Source: Lingula anatina
Taxonomy: Eukaryota; Animalia; Brachiopoda
NCBI GenBank assembly: GCA_051362555.1
Contig: CM120643.1
Span: 18,232,848-18,296,847, forward strand
Direction of reading: 5' to 3'
DNA length: 64,000 nucleotides
Shown: positions 61,329 to 64,000 of the stretch, in pieces
Layout of the letters: each line of letters starts with the position of its first letter
Numbering within the stretch: the stretch's first letter is position 1
Notes under the pieces: model-generated
Databases searched by the model: none
Told to the model about the DNA's origin: nothing
The model's input: the letters and a program-made list of their open reading frames with translations, nothing else
Translations under genes and position numbers: made by a program

Positions 61329-62260
61329 ACCCATTCTTTGAATGAGACAACAGAAATGCAGTGATTTCAGGGAGGGAGATGACTACAGCACGTGTTATGT
61401 TGTCACTAGTTAGCCACACGATATGGTTTATGACGTTCACATTGGTCCACTTACCGACAGAGATATGCCGCGATGTCCCGAGGAAAAAATAACAAACCGC
61501 CGGGAAAAAGGTTGTGTACAGCCCCATGATTGGTGGCAAACTGGCCAATAAGGCATAGGCAATACCTAGGGAAATGGTAAAAAACATCTCTCTGTGTAGT
61601 CTAAATACATTTGAAATATTTAAAAAATCACAAAGATACCTGCATGGAATAATGAAATATATATTTGAACATTAAAAATATTAAAGTATCAAAAGATCTT
61701 TGGTATGAAAAAGAATATATTTTTTTCTGAAATTCTCTATTATGGTCAGCTTTATTTAACGAATGTAATTCATTTGATACACATCAAAATATCCCTAGTA
61801 TTAAAATCGTCTGGATGGCAAAATCATAGAATTGTGTAATTTTAATCAAAATGGAGAAAAAATTGCTTGACCATTAGATGCAGCTAAACAGTATTCGTTC
61901 AACCTTATTAAACATCTAATTGTTATTATTTCACAATAACTCTGTAGATGAAATTGCACTCTTACTCTGTGGAAGGTTCATAATTCCGATTGTTAAACCT
62001 CCAATGAGATCTCCGGGGATCCATCTTGGAATCTTGTAATACCTCAAAATATGGATGAAAGGCAGGTGATGCATGATAAACTTCTTTGCTGTGCAGCTGC
62101 ATCTTGATATAAGCGCTTTCTTTAGGCGTGTTTTCATAGGCGTGGGGAGAGTCCCTGTGAACCCATGGGTTTCATCAAACACTTCTTGTCGATAGATGGC
62201 GCGGTCGACTTTATATACCTCCCCATTATCCGAAGACATCGTATTGTTACGCTGTCGCAT
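49995..62260 (-). CDS. SLC26 family anion transporter (prestin/SLC26A5-like) with STAS domain
   Basis: GT-AG exons in phase, in transcript order: 61966-62260, 61455-61565, 60594-60811, 59790-59954, 59382-59540, 58564-58646, 57681-57834, 57047-57160, 56776-56853, 56492-56587, 55854-55960, 55412-55481, 54923-55077, 54526-54625, 53684-53911, 53164-53247, 52528-52752, 52241-52295, 51953-52068, 51507-51695, 50481-50570, and tentatively 49995-50018. Motifs: [65 protein letters not shown]. An acceptor at 62283 implies a further upstream exon. Confidence 0.92.
53912..54200. repeat. 150-bp tandem duplication in an SLC26 intron
   Basis: aaaggtacgtgtaaacac...tgatag...ggaag.taag...aggttccgtttg occurs at ~53915 and again at ~54065. 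Confidence 0.8.
61043..61253. mobile_element. MITE with CAG(G/T)GGCGGAT termini
   Basis: caggggcggatccagg ... cctaaatccgccactg imperfect TIR; flanks tcatgt and tcatat suggest a 6-bp TSD with one mismatch. Confidence 0.75.
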
Positions 62261-63141
62261 CTCTATTGGCGGCTGACTTTGACTAAAATAATGAAAACAA
62301 ATGATACAAACACACAAAAGATTTTTTCGGTAGTCCATTAGAGGAAATAGAGGGTAAAAATCTTATCCCGCCCAATATCTTCATCAAATCCAGTAGGCCT
62401 ATACGCTAATTGTAAAAGAATAATGTATCAAAATAAGCTTCACATTCCATAAATACCATTACGGCATCTTTCTTATGACATATAAAACACTGTGGTCAAA
62501 TCGGCTGTTTCTGCCTATACATGTACGCATATATATTATATGCCTACATGCTTACATATGTATACCTATAAAAGTTAAAAGAACATTCGAATACGTCGCT
62601 GAATGGTTTGTAAATTGTAGCATAATAGAGTTTAAGCAACAATTATTTTGTCCCCTGTTGCCTTTTAATCTTAAGTGACCAACCCAGGGAACTTTTTTCA
62701 GTACTATTTAAGATGTAAAGGTTCGTGGTGTGAAATGAACATGGATGCCCTGATGAATATCTGCTTCTTTGTGGTGATGTAAGACAACAAAGCAATAAAT
62801 AACGATAAAATTGTTTGACCTAACCGTGCACTTAGACAAACATTAATCTGAGGGCACACAAGCATTTGTAAAAGTTGAATGAGAACAACCACAAGGTTTC
62901 CATTCGTTTAATCTGGTAAATTGAAACAAAATGAATAAAAAAAATAGGCACTCTTAATATTTGTTGTCATTCTTGCATGCATGCACTTGGACCATGGCCA
63001 AGTTAGGATTTTCAAGGTTCACTGGATTCAAGACTATTTTTTTTTTGTCACAAGAGTCCTCGTGAATTCAAATATGGCGTTCAACCATAAAAAAAGCCGG
63101 TATTGAAAAAAAAACATATTAATACACTTAATCCCTTTTTA

Positions 63142-63142
<1 letters not shown>

Positions 63143-63197
<55 letters not shown>

Positions 63198-63315
63198 CTT
63201 TGGATAGGTGTGGCATTCAACACGCATTAACTCTTCGGAAGCTAAGGAATCTACAACTGTGACCTTCAAAAGCTGAAGACCTTGACCTATCTGACCACTC
63301 CGCCCACCCAGGGCA
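63143..63315 (-). mobile_element. Possible decayed tRNA-derived SINE with (TAA)n tail
   Basis: Minus strand has A-box-like ggtgggcggagtggtc, a weak B-box-like segment, and then a long (TAA)n tract. The match is poor. Confidence 0.25.
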
Positions 63316-64000
63316 GTAGAAAACAAATGACATGCATGATTTATTTTGTTAGGGAATGTTTTCAAAATATACATGATAATATACATTTGTATACAGTTAT
63401 ACTGAATTATATGATAATAGGTATCTAATACACATTTAAATTTCAGTAATGTACATGTATAATAATCTCAAGAAAGAATATTTTCACTGTAAAATAATCG
63501 GCGGAACGTAATTTTGCTTAAATTCAGTATATGCATTCAGTTGCTATATATTTTAAATAGTATATGTGTTCAGTTGCTATATTATTTGAATAAATATTTG
63601 GTACGCCAAACAATAACCAAAACGGATGTCAATATATTCTAGCAGCATTAATACCTCTTGACTAAAATGCTTGGAAGGAATATATATTACAGTAATACAA
63701 AACCTTACACAGACGAACATTAAATTTGATTAGAAGTTAAGTACCTGATCCAAAATTCAATCTTGTTGCCCGTATTCGTTTATATTATATTTCAACGGTT
63801 TTTGTAGGGAAGTTCTTTTTAAATAATCCAAGAAAAAACGGTCGTACTAGGACTCCATTAGCAGTACGAAAACTGCATTATGATTTTAAAAAAAAGACAA
63901 AAAATTCATTGCCTAATTTTTAGGTCTTGTAAGTAGGCTTCTACAGCAATTTGCTATCGTCGCGGCAACGCATTTTACTATGTCCGTTGACAGTAGCTCA

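Noticed and set aside
212-62260. Idea that SLC15, the ependymin-like gene, the GPCRs, VAT1L and SLC26 form one functional cluster
   Set aside because: No shared regulatory signal or other link is visible, and adjacency in animal genomes is weak evidence without conserved synteny or co-expression.

Overview
AT-rich, intron-rich eukaryotic DNA, most likely from an invertebrate animal; the taxon cannot be fixed from the sequence. All gene models were spliced and translated by eye. Host genes: (1) the 3' part of an SLC15/POT peptide transporter (+, 212-4492); (2) a two-exon secreted protein resembling the ependymin/LolA-fold At4g14100 family (+, 7101-10000); (3,4) two convergent, intronless, paralogous orphan class A GPCRs (+ 10872-12323; - 17210-18460); (5) a nine-exon VAT1L-like oxidoreductase (+, 21874-46251); (6) a prestin-like SLC26 anion transporter of about 19 exons (-, ~49995-62260). 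VAT1L intron 5 holds an 11-kb nested transposon stack. A Kolobok-type element (TTAA TSD) contains a CR1/L2-type LINE fragment and a 5.8-kb Academ-type element, and the Academ element contains a Helentron-type MITE. Several other MITEs and an RTE-like endonuclease remnant lie elsewhere. Most notable: an 'empty-site' paralog of the GPCR2 locus, shared unusual GPCR microswitch residues (Q3.43, F6.48, K3.28), a Phe-to-Glu change at the SLC26 anion site, duplicated splice acceptors, and ~176-192-bp phased YY1-like motifs in the Academ termini. Family assignments rest on remembered motifs, not database searches.
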